Source: an uncultured Gammaproteobacteria bacterium
GTDB taxonomy: Bacteria > Patescibacteriota > Microgenomatia > Levybacterales > UBA12049
Reading direction: 5' to 3'
DNA length: 64,000 nucleotides
Assembly: GCA_964637955.1 (NCBI GenBank)
Contig: CAZWXQ010000001.1
Location: 118,993-182,992 of the forward strand
Below the pieces are notes generated by a model. It was not told the DNA's origin. It did no database searches and worked only from the letters and a program-made list of their open reading frames with translations. Made by a program: the position numbers and the translations under genes. This document shows positions 29,156 to 38,796 of the stretch, in pieces (position 1 is the first letter of the stretch; each line of letters opens with the position of its first letter).

Positions 29156-30616
29156 ATGGATAAAAACAAAACAATTGAACAATTCCCCCCTGTAGTAGCT
29201 GTACTTGGTCACGTTGATCATGGGAAAACCACGCTTTTAGATACAATCAGAAAAACTTCTATCGCCGATCGTGAGCATGGTGGAATCACCCAAAAAATTG
29301 GAGCATCATCTGTAGAAATTGATCATGAAGGTAAAAAAAGAAGAATTACTTTTATAGACACGCCAGGACATGAGGCTTTTGCAAAAATGAGAGGGCGTGG
29401 TGCCCAAGCTGCAGACATAGGACTTCTCATAGTTTCTGCAGTGGACGGCGTAATGCCTCAAACAAAGGAAAGTATTTCACTTCTTAAAGCCTCAGGTGTC
29501 CCATATATAGTAGTGCTAACCAAAATTGATTCTCCAGAAAAAAATCCTGAAAAAGCCAAAAAGCAATTGGCAGTTGAAGAAGTTATGATTGAGGGTTATG
29601 GTGGAGATGTGCCTGTAATCGAAATTTCAGCAAGAACTGGTGAAAACATAAAAGAGTTACTAGATTTGATTCTTCTTGTGAACGATTTACATCCAAAAGA
29701 AGCAGACGTAAATCTAGATTCGCCTCTTAAAGCAATTGTTATTGAATCCAAGCAAGATCCTAAGGCTGGGCCTAAGGCTAGTATAGTTATAAAAAATGGA
29801 AAACTAGCTGTAAGAGATGATATAACTACAGGAAAAGTGAGCGGTCGAGTTAGAAGTCTAATTGCTGATTCTGGAGTTCAGATTAAAGAAGCAGGCGTGG
29901 GTGAAGCTGTGGAAATATTAGGTTTTAATGAGGCTCCAAGCGTGGGTGATGTTGTCTACAAAGTCCCCTCCGACGCTAGAGCTATGGCGGGCAGGTCTGA
30001 GAGCGATCATAATGCTGTTAGCGAAGCTAAGGTTAAAGAAAAGCATGATGATGAGTCTATATCATTAATTTTGGTTGCTGACACTCTAGGCTCTCTTGAG
30101 GCAATTGTGGCTTCGCTTCCAGCAAAATTAAACATTATTTCTAAGAAAACAGGAGAAATTTCACTTGCAGACGTGCTTATGGCTAAATCCATAGGTGCAT
30201 TAGTTCTCGGTTTTAACATAAAAATTAAGCCTGAAGTAGCAAAGCTTGCATTAACTGAAAAAGTCTTAGTTAAGAACTACACAATTATCTATGAAATGCT
30301 TCAAGAAATTGAAGATGTAGTTGAAGGAAAACGCGTTTCGCTTCTCGAGGAAATATATGGTGTAGCTAAAATTCAAGCTTCATTTCCATTCGATAAGCAG
30401 ATTGTCATGGGTGTAAAGGTGCTTGAGGGTCGCGTGGCAAAAGGAGATAAGGTTAGGATAGAGCGTGGAGAAGAGATAATTGGCGAGGGTCATATAAATT
30501 CTGTTAGAGCTGGAAAAGATCAAACCTCAAAAGTAGAATCCCCAAATGAGGCAGGTATTATAGTAGGGCCTGCACTTGACTTTCAGGTAGGGGATATGGT
30601 AATATCCCATAGCTAA
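29156..30616 (+). CDS. infB: Translation initiation factor IF-2 (short form)
   Basis: GHVDHGKTTLLD, GGITQKIGA, DTPGHEAF, TKID. Confidence 0.95.
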   Translation: MDKNKTIEQFPPVVAVLGHVDHGKTTLLDTIRKTSIADREHGGITQKIGASSVEIDHEGKKRRITFIDTPGHEAFAKMRGRGAQAADIGLLIVSAVDGVMPQTKESISLLKASGVPYIVVLTKIDSPEKNPEKAKKQLAVEEVMIEGYGGDVPVIEISARTGENIKELLDLILLVNDLHPKEADVNLDSPLKAIVIESKQDPKAGPKASIVIKNGKLAVRDDITTGKVSGRVRSLIADSGVQIKEAGVGEAVEILGFNEAPSVGDVVYKVPSDARAMAGRSESDHNAVSEAKVKEKHDDESISLILVADTLGSLEAIVASLPAKLNIISKKTGEISLADVLMAKSIGALVLGFNIKIKPEVAKLALTEKVLVKNYTIIYEMLQEIEDVVEGKRVSLLEEIYGVAKIQASFPFDKQIVMGVKVLEGRVAKGDKVRIERGEEIIGEGHINSVRAGKDQTSKVESPNEAGIIVGPALDFQVGDMVISHS

Positions 30617-30629
30617 TTGAGCCTATAGA

Positions 30630-30733
30630 ATATAAATTCAAAATTCATAACTTAAAAGTCAAAAGTTCAATTCAAAACTTTTCAACTTTTTAATTTAAAT
30701 TTTGCATTTTTAATTTTAAATTCTAAATTTTTT
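30630..30733. repeat. AT-rich quasi-palindromic 7-mer repeat tract
   Basis: TTCAAAA/GTCAAAA-like units followed by TTTTGCA/TTTTTAA/TTTTAAA-like units. Confidence 0.6.
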
Positions 30734-30735
30734 AT

Positions 30736-31935
30736 ATGGATATTCAAAGATTAAAAGACATTTTTGAAAAAGCTGGCACATATGCTATTGTTGTGGGTCA
30801 AAACTACACAATAGACGAAATGGGCTCAGCCCTCTCTATTTATTTAACTCTTAAATCACTTGGTAAAGATGTAAGCGTGATTTCAGGAAAAGAACCACTT
30901 GTTGAAGTTTCAAATTTAGTTGGAATTGACAGCGTAAAATCAAGCTTTGAATCAGCTTCTGGAGATCTTATAGTTTCATTTCCATATCAACAGGATGAAA
31001 TTGGAAAAGTTTCATATACTCTTGAGGATGGTTTATTAAACATTATAGTAAAACCAAAAGACCAGCCTCTTTCATTCGGTGAAAAGGATGTTATTTTCAA
31101 AAGAAGTGGAAGTAATCCAGAAGTTATTATTACCGTTGGTGTTAAGAGAATATCAGAGCTTCAAACTTTCTTTGATGTTCAATCCCTTAAGGATACAACT
31201 ATTATAAATATAGATAGAGCAGGAAATAATGAAGGGTTTGGAGATGTAGTTATAGTTGGTCAGGGTGCTTCGTCTGTTTCTGAGCAAGTAGCAAACCTTA
31301 TGCTTTCACTAGGATACCCACTTGACGCAGATATTTCTCAAAACCTTATAGGTGGAATAGTAGCTTCAACTGGAAATTTCCAGAGTCCAAGAACAAGTTC
31401 GCTTGCATTTGAAATGGCTGGAATACTTCTTAGAAATGGTGCTAAAAGAGAAGCTTTAAGATCACAAAATCCAGGACAAACTAGAACTCCACAGCAGTTT
31501 GGATATAACATGACTGGAGATAATCAGCCACAAATCCCACCAATGCCATCAATGCCAGGTCTTCCACCTATGCCGAGACCACAAATGAATCAACCAAGAC
31601 AACAACAGGCAAGAGCCCAAATGCCGAGACCACAACGTGCTCCTATGCCAAGACCACAAATACCACCTATGCCTAGCTCACAGAGGAGTCCATTAGATGA
31701 CGATCAATTACCACCACCACCTATGCCAAGGTCTCAAAAAAGTCCAATAGATGATGATCAAATGTCACCTATGAGCCAAAATGATAAGATAAATCAAATT
31801 AACCAACAGCTCTCAAGTATGAGTGGAGACTATCAAAAAGAGGCAAAAATAGATGATGCACCAATTGACACCCCAGATGCGCCGCCAGATTGGCTCGCAC
31901 CAAAAATCTTCAAAGGATCTACAACAGTTGAGTAA
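30736..31935 (+). CDS. Degenerate DHH/NrnA-like protein with a Pro/Gln/Met-rich tail
   Basis: Located after infB; IINID(R), SSVSE and ASTGNFQ match the DHH layout but the catalytic residues are lost; repeated MPRPQ. Confidence 0.7.
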   Translation: MDIQRLKDIFEKAGTYAIVVGQNYTIDEMGSALSIYLTLKSLGKDVSVISGKEPLVEVSNLVGIDSVKSSFESASGDLIVSFPYQQDEIGKVSYTLEDGLLNIIVKPKDQPLSFGEKDVIFKRSGSNPEVIITVGVKRISELQTFFDVQSLKDTTIINIDRAGNNEGFGDVVIVGQGASSVSEQVANLMLSLGYPLDADISQNLIGGIVASTGNFQSPRTSSLAFEMAGILLRNGAKREALRSQNPGQTRTPQQFGYNMTGDNQPQIPPMPSMPGLPPMPRPQMNQPRQQQARAQMPRPQRAPMPRPQIPPMPSSQRSPLDDDQLPPPPMPRSQKSPIDDDQMSPMSQNDKINQINQQLSSMSGDYQKEAKIDDAPIDTPDAPPDWLAPKIFKGSTTVE

Positions 31936-31940
31936 GTAAA

Positions 31941-32495
31941 ATGATAGATAGAGACACTTTTGCCTCAATGAGAAAGCTAGCGGAATATAGATCAGGGCGA
32001 GCTCCTATGGATCGAGATATTGAAATACCAATTAGATTGGCAAGTACTGCGAAGAGTTACTTAAGAGCTTATGGCAAGGTCACTGAAGAAGAGGGAAAAT
32101 CTGTTAGGATTGTTCACTTAACAGGGAGAGATCCTTTTGATAGGCTTATGCGATTTGTGTGGAGATTGAAAGATATTGAAGTAGAGGTTGATCCAGATTC
32201 AATGGATATTAGATCAATTGGAGATTTAAATCACGGACTTATTATTGAGGGTTATGAGCTGGTCGAAGTTGAATATTCTAATAGAAGTGGCTTTATGTCA
32301 CATAAGTTGCCAACTTTAGATTTACCAAGAGTTGCACGTTCCCAAAGATACCTGGAAATAGAGGTTGATCATGGTGCGGACAATCTAAATAGTACATTAG
32401 ATGCTTTGTGGGATTCTTTTCCTGCACGTGAAAGTTTATTTGAGATGGCACAAACAAAAAGCTTTATTTCTAGAAGTGAAGGGTTGTCTCTATAG
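31941..32495 (+). CDS. Hypothetical protein
   Basis: 184-aa ORF in an operon position. Confidence 0.6.
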   Translation: MIDRDTFASMRKLAEYRSGRAPMDRDIEIPIRLASTAKSYLRAYGKVTEEEGKSVRIVHLTGRDPFDRLMRFVWRLKDIEVEVDPDSMDIRSIGDLNHGLIIEGYELVEVEYSNRSGFMSHKLPTLDLPRVARSQRYLEIEVDHGADNLNSTLDALWDSFPARESLFEMAQTKSFISRSEGLSL

Positions 32496-32582
32496 TTTAT
32501 TGTAATAAGTTCGGGGTTTTGATATAATACCTGAATACAAAAATTTTTAATTTGAAATTTTAAATTTTTAATTTAATAAGAT

Positions 32583-32852
32583 ATGCCTCTAAGTACAACA
32601 CAAAAACAAGAGATTATAGAGAAGTTCGCTATTGAAAAAGGCGATACTGGTAGTCCTGAGGTGCAAATTGCACTTCTTACTACAAGAATTGAAAAGCTCA
32701 CAGAGCATTTAAAAGCTCATGGTCATGATGTTCATAGTAGACGCGGATTATTAACTATGATTGCTAAGAGAAGAAGACTTATTAACTTTTTAACAAAAGT
32801 TGATAAGGCGCGTGCTGGTGACATTACTAAAAAAGTAGGATTGAAAGATTAA
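32583..32852 (+). CDS. rpsO: 30S ribosomal protein S15
   Basis: DTGSPEVQIALLT...HLKAHGHDVHSRRGLL. Confidence 0.97.
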   Translation: MPLSTTQKQEIIEKFAIEKGDTGSPEVQIALLTTRIEKLTEHLKAHGHDVHSRRGLLTMIAKRRRLINFLTKVDKARAGDITKKVGLKD

Positions 32853-32923
32853 GAAGAATAGATTAAAATAAACTTCATAGTCCTCGTATTTAGTAGTTGT
32901 GTGAGAGAGAATAAAATAAATAA

Positions 32924-35341
32924 ATGAAAAAAACCTCAGTAGAATTAGAGTTAGCCGGAAAAAAGTTAACATTTGAAACAGGCGAATTAGCAGTACAAGC
33001 TACAGCGTCTATTTTGGCGCGCCTTGGAGATACTGTGGTTCTAGTTACAGTTGTAGAAGGCGGAAAAACTGATCTCGATTACTTCCCACTTTCTATTGAA
33101 TATCAAGAAAGACTTTTTGCTGGTGGAAAAATAAAAGGTTCAAGATGGGTAAAAAGAGCTGGAAGACCAACAGATGAATCTATTTTAGCAGGAAGACTTA
33201 TCGACAGATCTGTAAGACCACTTTTTCCAAAGACATTTAAAAATGAAGTTCAGGTTATCGTAACTATTCTTTCTGTTGATGGAGAAAATCAGGCAGACAT
33301 TCTAGCTTTAAATGCAGTTTCTGCAGCGCTCGCAATTTCAAGAATTCCATGGAACGGTCCAATTGGTGCAACCAGAATGGGTTATTCTCTTGAAAAGCAG
33401 GAATTGATCGCAAATCCTACTCTTCCAGAAACACAGACTTCAGAGCTCGATATCGTTTTCTCTCAATCTGTTGATAAAACAGTTATGATTGAGGCTGGAG
33501 CAAATCAAGTTTCTGAGGATATCCTAAATGATGCTATAGCAAAGGCTCATATTGAAACTCAAGCAGTTATAAAAGGAATTGAAGAATTAGTTAAGAAAGT
33601 GGGACAGAAAAAAATTGAAGTAAGTGAAGATGCAAGTCTTCACGATGTTGTTGGTTTAATCGAAAAATCTTATAAATCAGAAGTTGAAGGACTAATTGAA
33701 AATCGCGTAAGTAAAGAAAGTGGTGGAGATGAAACTGGAGCTTTAGTAGATAAGATTTTTGAAGATGAAAAAGTAAGAGATCCAAAAACTGAAATTGATA
33801 AAAAGACAATCGGAGCTGCAATTGAAAAAGTAATGTTTAAAATCATAAGAACAAATGTTATTTCTAAGAAAAAAAGAGCAGATGGTAGAAAAATGGATGA
33901 AATCAGAGAAATTAATATGTCACTTGATCTTCTCCCAAGAACTCATGGATCTGCACTATTTCAGCGAGGAATCACCCAAGCTTTATCAGTAGTTACTCTT
34001 GGGAGTCCTAGAATGGGACAACTTCTTGAGTCAGCTGAAGGCGAAGAGGAAAAGAGATATATTCATCATTATTCAGGTCTTCCTTATTCATTTGGACAAG
34101 CAGGAAGAGTAAGTGGAGCTTCACGTAGAGAAATTGGTCATGGTGCGCTCGCAGAAAGAGCGCTTCTTGCAGTTATTCCTTCACAAGTAGATTTCCCTTA
34201 CACAATTCAAGTAGTTTCTGAAGTTTTGTCACAAAACGGATCTAGCTCTATGGCTTCAACTTGTGGATCAACTTTGGCTCTTATGGCTGCTGGAGTTCCA
34301 ATCAGAAAGCCAGTTGCTGGAATCTCAATCGGTATGATGTCGGACGAAAAAGATTATGAGCTTTTGACTGATATTATCGGACTTGAAGATTTTTCAGGTG
34401 ACATGGATTTCAAAGTTGCAGGAACAGACGCTGGTGTTACAGCAATTCAGCTGGATGTAAAAATCCCAGGACTTACTGATGAGCAGGTTAAAAATATTCT
34501 CGAAAGAGCAAAAACAGCAAGACTAGAAATTCTAGAAAAAATAAAAGCAATTATTCCTGAGCCTAGAAAACAGTTATCGACTTATGCTCCAAAGATAGAA
34601 AATGTACAGATTCCAGTTGATAAGATTGGTGAGCTCATCGGACCAGGTGGAAAGATGATTAAGCACATCATAGCTACAACTGGAGCTCAGGTAGATGTAG
34701 AAGATGATGGAATGGTTACTATTTCAGGCGTAGATCAAGAAGGTGTAACTAAAGCAACTGATTGGATTAAGAATATGATGAGAGAAGTAACACCTGGAGA
34801 AATTTTTGAAGATTGTGAAGTAAAGAGAATGCTCGCATTTGGAGCCTTCGTGGAATTCTTGCCAGGAAAAGAAGGAATGGTGCACGTTTCTCAAATGAGT
34901 AATGAGTACGTAAAAGATCCTTCAGACGTGATGAATATTGGTGACAAAGTAAAAGTAAGAGTAATGGAGATTGATGATCAAGGAAGAATAAATCTTTCTA
35001 TGAAATTTAATGAAGATGGAAGTATCCCGCCTGATGATAATAGAGGAAATAGAGGCGGTGGAGACAGAGGTCATCAAGGAGGAAATGGTGGAGGTTATAA
35101 TAGAGGTGGCGGAGATAGAGGCGGAAGCAGGCCTCCATATAATTCAAGACCATCTTATTCATCTAATTCAAATGGAACTCCAAGGCCTCCAATGAGAGGG
35201 CCAAGACATGATGATCCAACAGCAGGACCTGCAACTCCACATCCACTCGCAATGCAATTTAGAAGAGAGCGTGAAGAAAATTATAAAAGAGATAGAAGAC
35301 CAGGAAGTAGTCCTCGTCCTTACAAAAAAACCCACTATTAA
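32924..35341 (+). CDS. pnp: Polyribonucleotide nucleotidyltransferase
   Basis: RLIDRSVRPLF, RREIGHG, NGSSSMAS, GDMDFKVAGT; KH and S1 domains; RGG-rich tail. Confidence 0.97.
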   Translation: MKKTSVELELAGKKLTFETGELAVQATASILARLGDTVVLVTVVEGGKTDLDYFPLSIEYQERLFAGGKIKGSRWVKRAGRPTDESILAGRLIDRSVRPLFPKTFKNEVQVIVTILSVDGENQADILALNAVSAALAISRIPWNGPIGATRMGYSLEKQELIANPTLPETQTSELDIVFSQSVDKTVMIEAGANQVSEDILNDAIAKAHIETQAVIKGIEELVKKVGQKKIEVSEDASLHDVVGLIEKSYKSEVEGLIENRVSKESGGDETGALVDKIFEDEKVRDPKTEIDKKTIGAAIEKVMFKIIRTNVISKKKRADGRKMDEIREINMSLDLLPRTHGSALFQRGITQALSVVTLGSPRMGQLLESAEGEEEKRYIHHYSGLPYSFGQAGRVSGASRREIGHGALAERALLAVIPSQVDFPYTIQVVSEVLSQNGSSSMASTCGSTLALMAAGVPIRKPVAGISIGMMSDEKDYELLTDIIGLEDFSGDMDFKVAGTDAGVTAIQLDVKIPGLTDEQVKNILERAKTARLEILEKIKAIIPEPRKQLSTYAPKIENVQIPVDKIGELIGPGGKMIKHIIATTGAQVDVEDDGMVTISGVDQEGVTKATDWIKNMMREVTPGEIFEDCEVKRMLAFGAFVEFLPGKEGMVHVSQMSNEYVKDPSDVMNIGDKVKVRVMEIDDQGRINLSMKFNEDGSIPPDDNRGNRGGGDRGHQGGNGGGYNRGGGDRGGSRPPYNSRPSYSSNSNGTPRPPMRGPRHDDPTAGPATPHPLAMQFRREREENYKRDRRPGSSPRPYKKTHY

Positions 35342-35343
35342 AT

Positions 35344-35373
35344 TAGTGATTAGTTGCTAGTGAATAGTGACTA
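35344..35373 (+). repeat. Heptamer tandem repeat
   Basis: TAGTGAT-TAGTTGC-TAGTGAA-TAGTGAC-TA directly after the pnp stop. Confidence 0.7.
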
Positions 35374-35421
35374 TTTTAAATTATTTTTAATACCAAGCTA
35401 TAATATCAATTATTTTGAATT

Positions 35422-35757
35422 TTAATCTCTTTGAGGCGTTCTATTTTCTAGTAATTGATCTCTTAGGTAAAGGACATGAATATCTACGGGTGTAGGAGTT
35501 AATTGCATAACAAAATTTTGTTTTCCTTCCTCAGAAATAGCCAGTTCAGGGTCAATCTGAGCAAGTAGTTCTATTCTTAATTTTGGAATAGTAGGGCATC
35601 CTTCTCTGCGTGCTTCTTGAGAAAAGGTGGAAACTCTTCCGCGTATTTGATCTTTATCAAGACCTTGGATGAGCACTGCTTCAATTAAATCTGAAGCTTT
35701 TTCGCCCTGAGGACATTTTACAGGGCATTCTTGACAAACATTAAGTTCTATCCTCAT
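35422..35757 (-). CDS. Hypothetical Cys-motif protein
   Basis: CQECPVKCP...GCP; 111 aa. Confidence 0.55.
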   Translation of the reverse strand: MRIELNVCQECPVKCPQGEKASDLIEAVLIQGLDKDQIRGRVSTFSQEARREGCPTIPKLRIELLAQIDPELAISEEGKQNFVMQLTPTPVDIHVLYLRDQLLENRTPQRD

Positions 35758-35902
35758 TCAGGGATTGTAGCATAAATAATATACTATATCAAAATATATC
35801 ACTTATGAATATATGATAGCGTTATTTAATTCAATGGAATATGAATCGCTCTTTGATTGTTTTTAAAAAGATTTGCAAGGGTTTATAGCTTATAATTACC
35901 TA

Positions 35903-36574
35903 ATGAATGTATCGATTATAATTCGAGTAAAAAACGAAAAGGAAAATCTCGATAAACTTATAAAAATCTTAAAAGAACAAACATTTCAGGATTTTGAAGT
36001 AGTAATTGTTAATAATAATTCTTCAGACGGTTCAGATAAAGTTCCTTATGATTATTTTCCAAAAGAGAGAATTCAAATTGCTAATATTGATAGATTTACA
36101 TATTCCAAGGCATGCAATGAAGGGGTAAGAAAAGCCCGTGGAAAGTTTATTGTATTTCTTTCAGCGCATGCATATCCAATGACAAAAACATGGCTAGAAG
36201 ATGGTTTAAAAGACTTTAATGATAATAAAGTTGCTGCAGTTTTTGCATTTCCAGTCGCTGGAAGTGATGGAGGTGTCTGGGAAAAAATAAGTAGTATTCC
36301 AAATTACATTAAGAGAGGTGGATATATGGGAAATACAGATTCAATTATTAGACGCAATTTATGGGAAGAACATAAATTCGACGAAGAATTAATTAATGGC
36401 TCCGAAGATTACGAATGGTCATTATATTGGTCTAAGGAAGGCTGGAAAATAGTAAATGATCCCAAATTTAGAGTTTACCATTCTCATGGATTGAGCTTAA
36501 CTGAAATATTGAAACAACATAAAATGTGGAGTAAACAAAAAAAGGAAATAAATAATAAGTTTTTGATAAGATAA
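35903..36574 (+). CDS. Glycosyltransferase family 2
   Basis: VSIIIRVKNE, NNSSDGS, FLSAH, SEDYEW. Start moved to 35903. Confidence 0.88.
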   Translation: MNVSIIIRVKNEKENLDKLIKILKEQTFQDFEVVIVNNNSSDGSDKVPYDYFPKERIQIANIDRFTYSKACNEGVRKARGKFIVFLSAHAYPMTKTWLEDGLKDFNDNKVAAVFAFPVAGSDGGVWEKISSIPNYIKRGGYMGNTDSIIRRNLWEEHKFDEELINGSEDYEWSLYWSKEGWKIVNDPKFRVYHSHGLSLTEILKQHKMWSKQKKEINNKFLIR

Positions 36575-36578
36575 CGTT

Positions 36579-37571
36579 ATGGATCAACTAGTAGAAAAAC
36601 CTCAAGTGCCAGAGTTGGAACCGCTTCCTGCAAATTTAGATTTTCAAATATATTTTTCTCCTCATGGAACGCCTAAAGACTTTGAAGGTCTTCATGCGCT
36701 CATTGAAAATGCAGATATTTATATTCCTGAGGGATACGGATGGGATCTTGAGACATTAAATTTATTCAGAGAAGTATCTAAAGGGACAAAAACGATCGAC
36801 GACGCAAGAGAGTTAGGAGTTACTGACATGGGATTAGTTGAGCTCATTTCTCTTTACAATACAGGAAAACTTGTAACATTTATTGATCTACCAGGAGATA
36901 AGGTTGAGAGAGATCCACTCCTTTTGATGTCTGCTAGAAGCGTAGAAGATTTGTATGATAATGCAAGACATTATTTGCAAAAAAAAGGCTTAATGGATAG
37001 ATCAAGAGAAGAATACATGTTAAGTGTTCTAGATGAAAAAATCCGGATTGAACTAGGTAAAAATTCAGAATTAAAAGATAAACCACGAATTAATGTTTTA
37101 TTATCATTGGGCAGTTTTCATACTGGAATTTATCATGAATTAAAAAGACAAGGTAGAAATGTCAGTAGAACTTTAAATGGTGAGTTTGTTTATGGCCCCA
37201 TAGAAGAAGTAAAAAGGAGGTTTAGATTTGGAAAAGAGGTGAGCGAAGAGCTAATCGCACAGGCTTTTTTAGAGAACGTTTTCTACTCAGTTTTTAATTC
37301 CCGATTAAGTGATTTAACAGAAGAAACAAATAAGATATTGGAATTTGAAGGACTAGTGGCTAGATGCTTTAGTCAAGATGAAATAAATGATATTTTTAGA
37401 AATTTACCTTTACATGGTTGGGATTATTTTAAGGGATCATTTGAAAGTTATATCCAGTATTTATTAGAGAAAAAAGGAATTAAGATTCCTGAATCCGAAG
37501 AAGAGTTGAGTGAAATTATTAAGCAAAATCAAGTATCCAAACAAACGCCCAGAAAACAAATTAAGGAATGA
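36579..37571 (+). CDS. Hypothetical protein (possibly TraB/ChaN/EreA-like fold)
   Basis: FSPH...YIPEG...REEYM...LGSFH motif order. Confidence 0.5.
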   Translation: MDQLVEKPQVPELEPLPANLDFQIYFSPHGTPKDFEGLHALIENADIYIPEGYGWDLETLNLFREVSKGTKTIDDARELGVTDMGLVELISLYNTGKLVTFIDLPGDKVERDPLLLMSARSVEDLYDNARHYLQKKGLMDRSREEYMLSVLDEKIRIELGKNSELKDKPRINVLLSLGSFHTGIYHELKRQGRNVSRTLNGEFVYGPIEEVKRRFRFGKEVSEELIAQAFLENVFYSVFNSRLSDLTEETNKILEFEGLVARCFSQDEINDIFRNLPLHGWDYFKGSFESYIQYLLEKKGIKIPESEEELSEIIKQNQVSKQTPRKQIKE

Positions 37572-37656
37572 AACAATTATCTACATTTTAGTAACTAGCG
37601 TTTGGTTAACCACCTTAATTGGTAAATAATATTTGGTAAATGATAAGATAATATAT

Positions 37657-38721
37657 ATGGATAAAACTGCCCAAGGATTAGCCGCTGAGATCACAAAACT
37701 CGAACAGGAATTAGCCAGTAATAAGCTTCCTCCTGAGCTTCTTGAAAAAGGTCGAGGAATGATTGAAATTCTTAAAGTTTCACTTGCTCAGGGTGGAAAT
37801 TATGGAAATCTTGAGGGAGTAGCAAATTATATAGATGTAATTTCGGCAATTCCATTTGAAACTATGACACCTGATAACTCAGATTTAAATAATGCTAAAG
37901 AAATTCTTAACAAAAATCATTATGGACTTGCTACGGCTAAAGATAGAATTTTAGAATACCTGGCCTCAATTATGCTTAATATAAAAAATAATAATACATC
38001 AGTGACTCATGCTCCGATTCTTTGCTTAGTCGGGCTCGTAGGAACTGGAAAGACTACTCTTTCAAAGTCAGTGGCAGATGCGCTGGGACGTAAGTTTGAG
38101 CGTATTCCTCTTGGAGGAATGGGAGATGTAAGAGCAATAAGAGGTCAATCTCGAGTTTATCCAGACGCAGAACCTGGTCAAATCATAAAGAAAATAATTC
38201 ATGCTAAGAGTAAAAACTGTGTGATTCTTCTTGATGAATTAGATCGCGTAACTGACGCTGCACGTGCAGATATTATGGGTGCACTAGTTGAGCTTTTGGA
38301 TCCAGAGCAAAATATGGCTTTTACGGATCACTACGTAGATTTTCCGGTAGATTTAAGTAATGTTCTATTTATCGCAACAGCAAATAATACAACAAACATT
38401 TCGACAGCAGTTCTCGACCGTCTTGAGTTAATACAAATGCCTTCATATTCAGATGAGGAGAAAATGGTAATTGGCAAGAATTTTCTTCTTCCAAAAATCG
38501 CTGCATTTTCAGGATTGCAACCAAATACGCTTGCAGTTGATGATAGCGTTTGGCCACTTATAATTCGCCCTCTCGGATTTGACTCAGGTATTAGAAGTTT
38601 GGAGAGGACAATTGAAGGGATTTGTCGAAAGGTGGCAAGGCTTTTGGTCGAAGGCCAAATTCAGCAAGGTGCTATAATTACAATTAATTCACAGAATATA
38701 AAACAATTCATGCCCCAATGA
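37657..38721 (+). CDS. Lon-like AAA+ ATPase without a protease domain
   Basis: HYGL..AKDRILEYLA, GLVGTGKT, LLDELD, LLDPEQN..F.DHY, DRLE; ends before the Lon peptidase domain. Confidence 0.85.
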   Translation: MDKTAQGLAAEITKLEQELASNKLPPELLEKGRGMIEILKVSLAQGGNYGNLEGVANYIDVISAIPFETMTPDNSDLNNAKEILNKNHYGLATAKDRILEYLASIMLNIKNNNTSVTHAPILCLVGLVGTGKTTLSKSVADALGRKFERIPLGGMGDVRAIRGQSRVYPDAEPGQIIKKIIHAKSKNCVILLDELDRVTDAARADIMGALVELLDPEQNMAFTDHYVDFPVDLSNVLFIATANNTTNISTAVLDRLELIQMPSYSDEEKMVIGKNFLLPKIAAFSGLQPNTLAVDDSVWPLIIRPLGFDSGIRSLERTIEGICRKVARLLVEGQIQQGAIITINSQNIKQFMPQ

Positions 38722-38796
38722 TAAAATTTATTGGGATAATAATCCCAAAAGATTGGGAAGTGGGATTAAAACCCAAATAAAATATTGAAAATAAAA

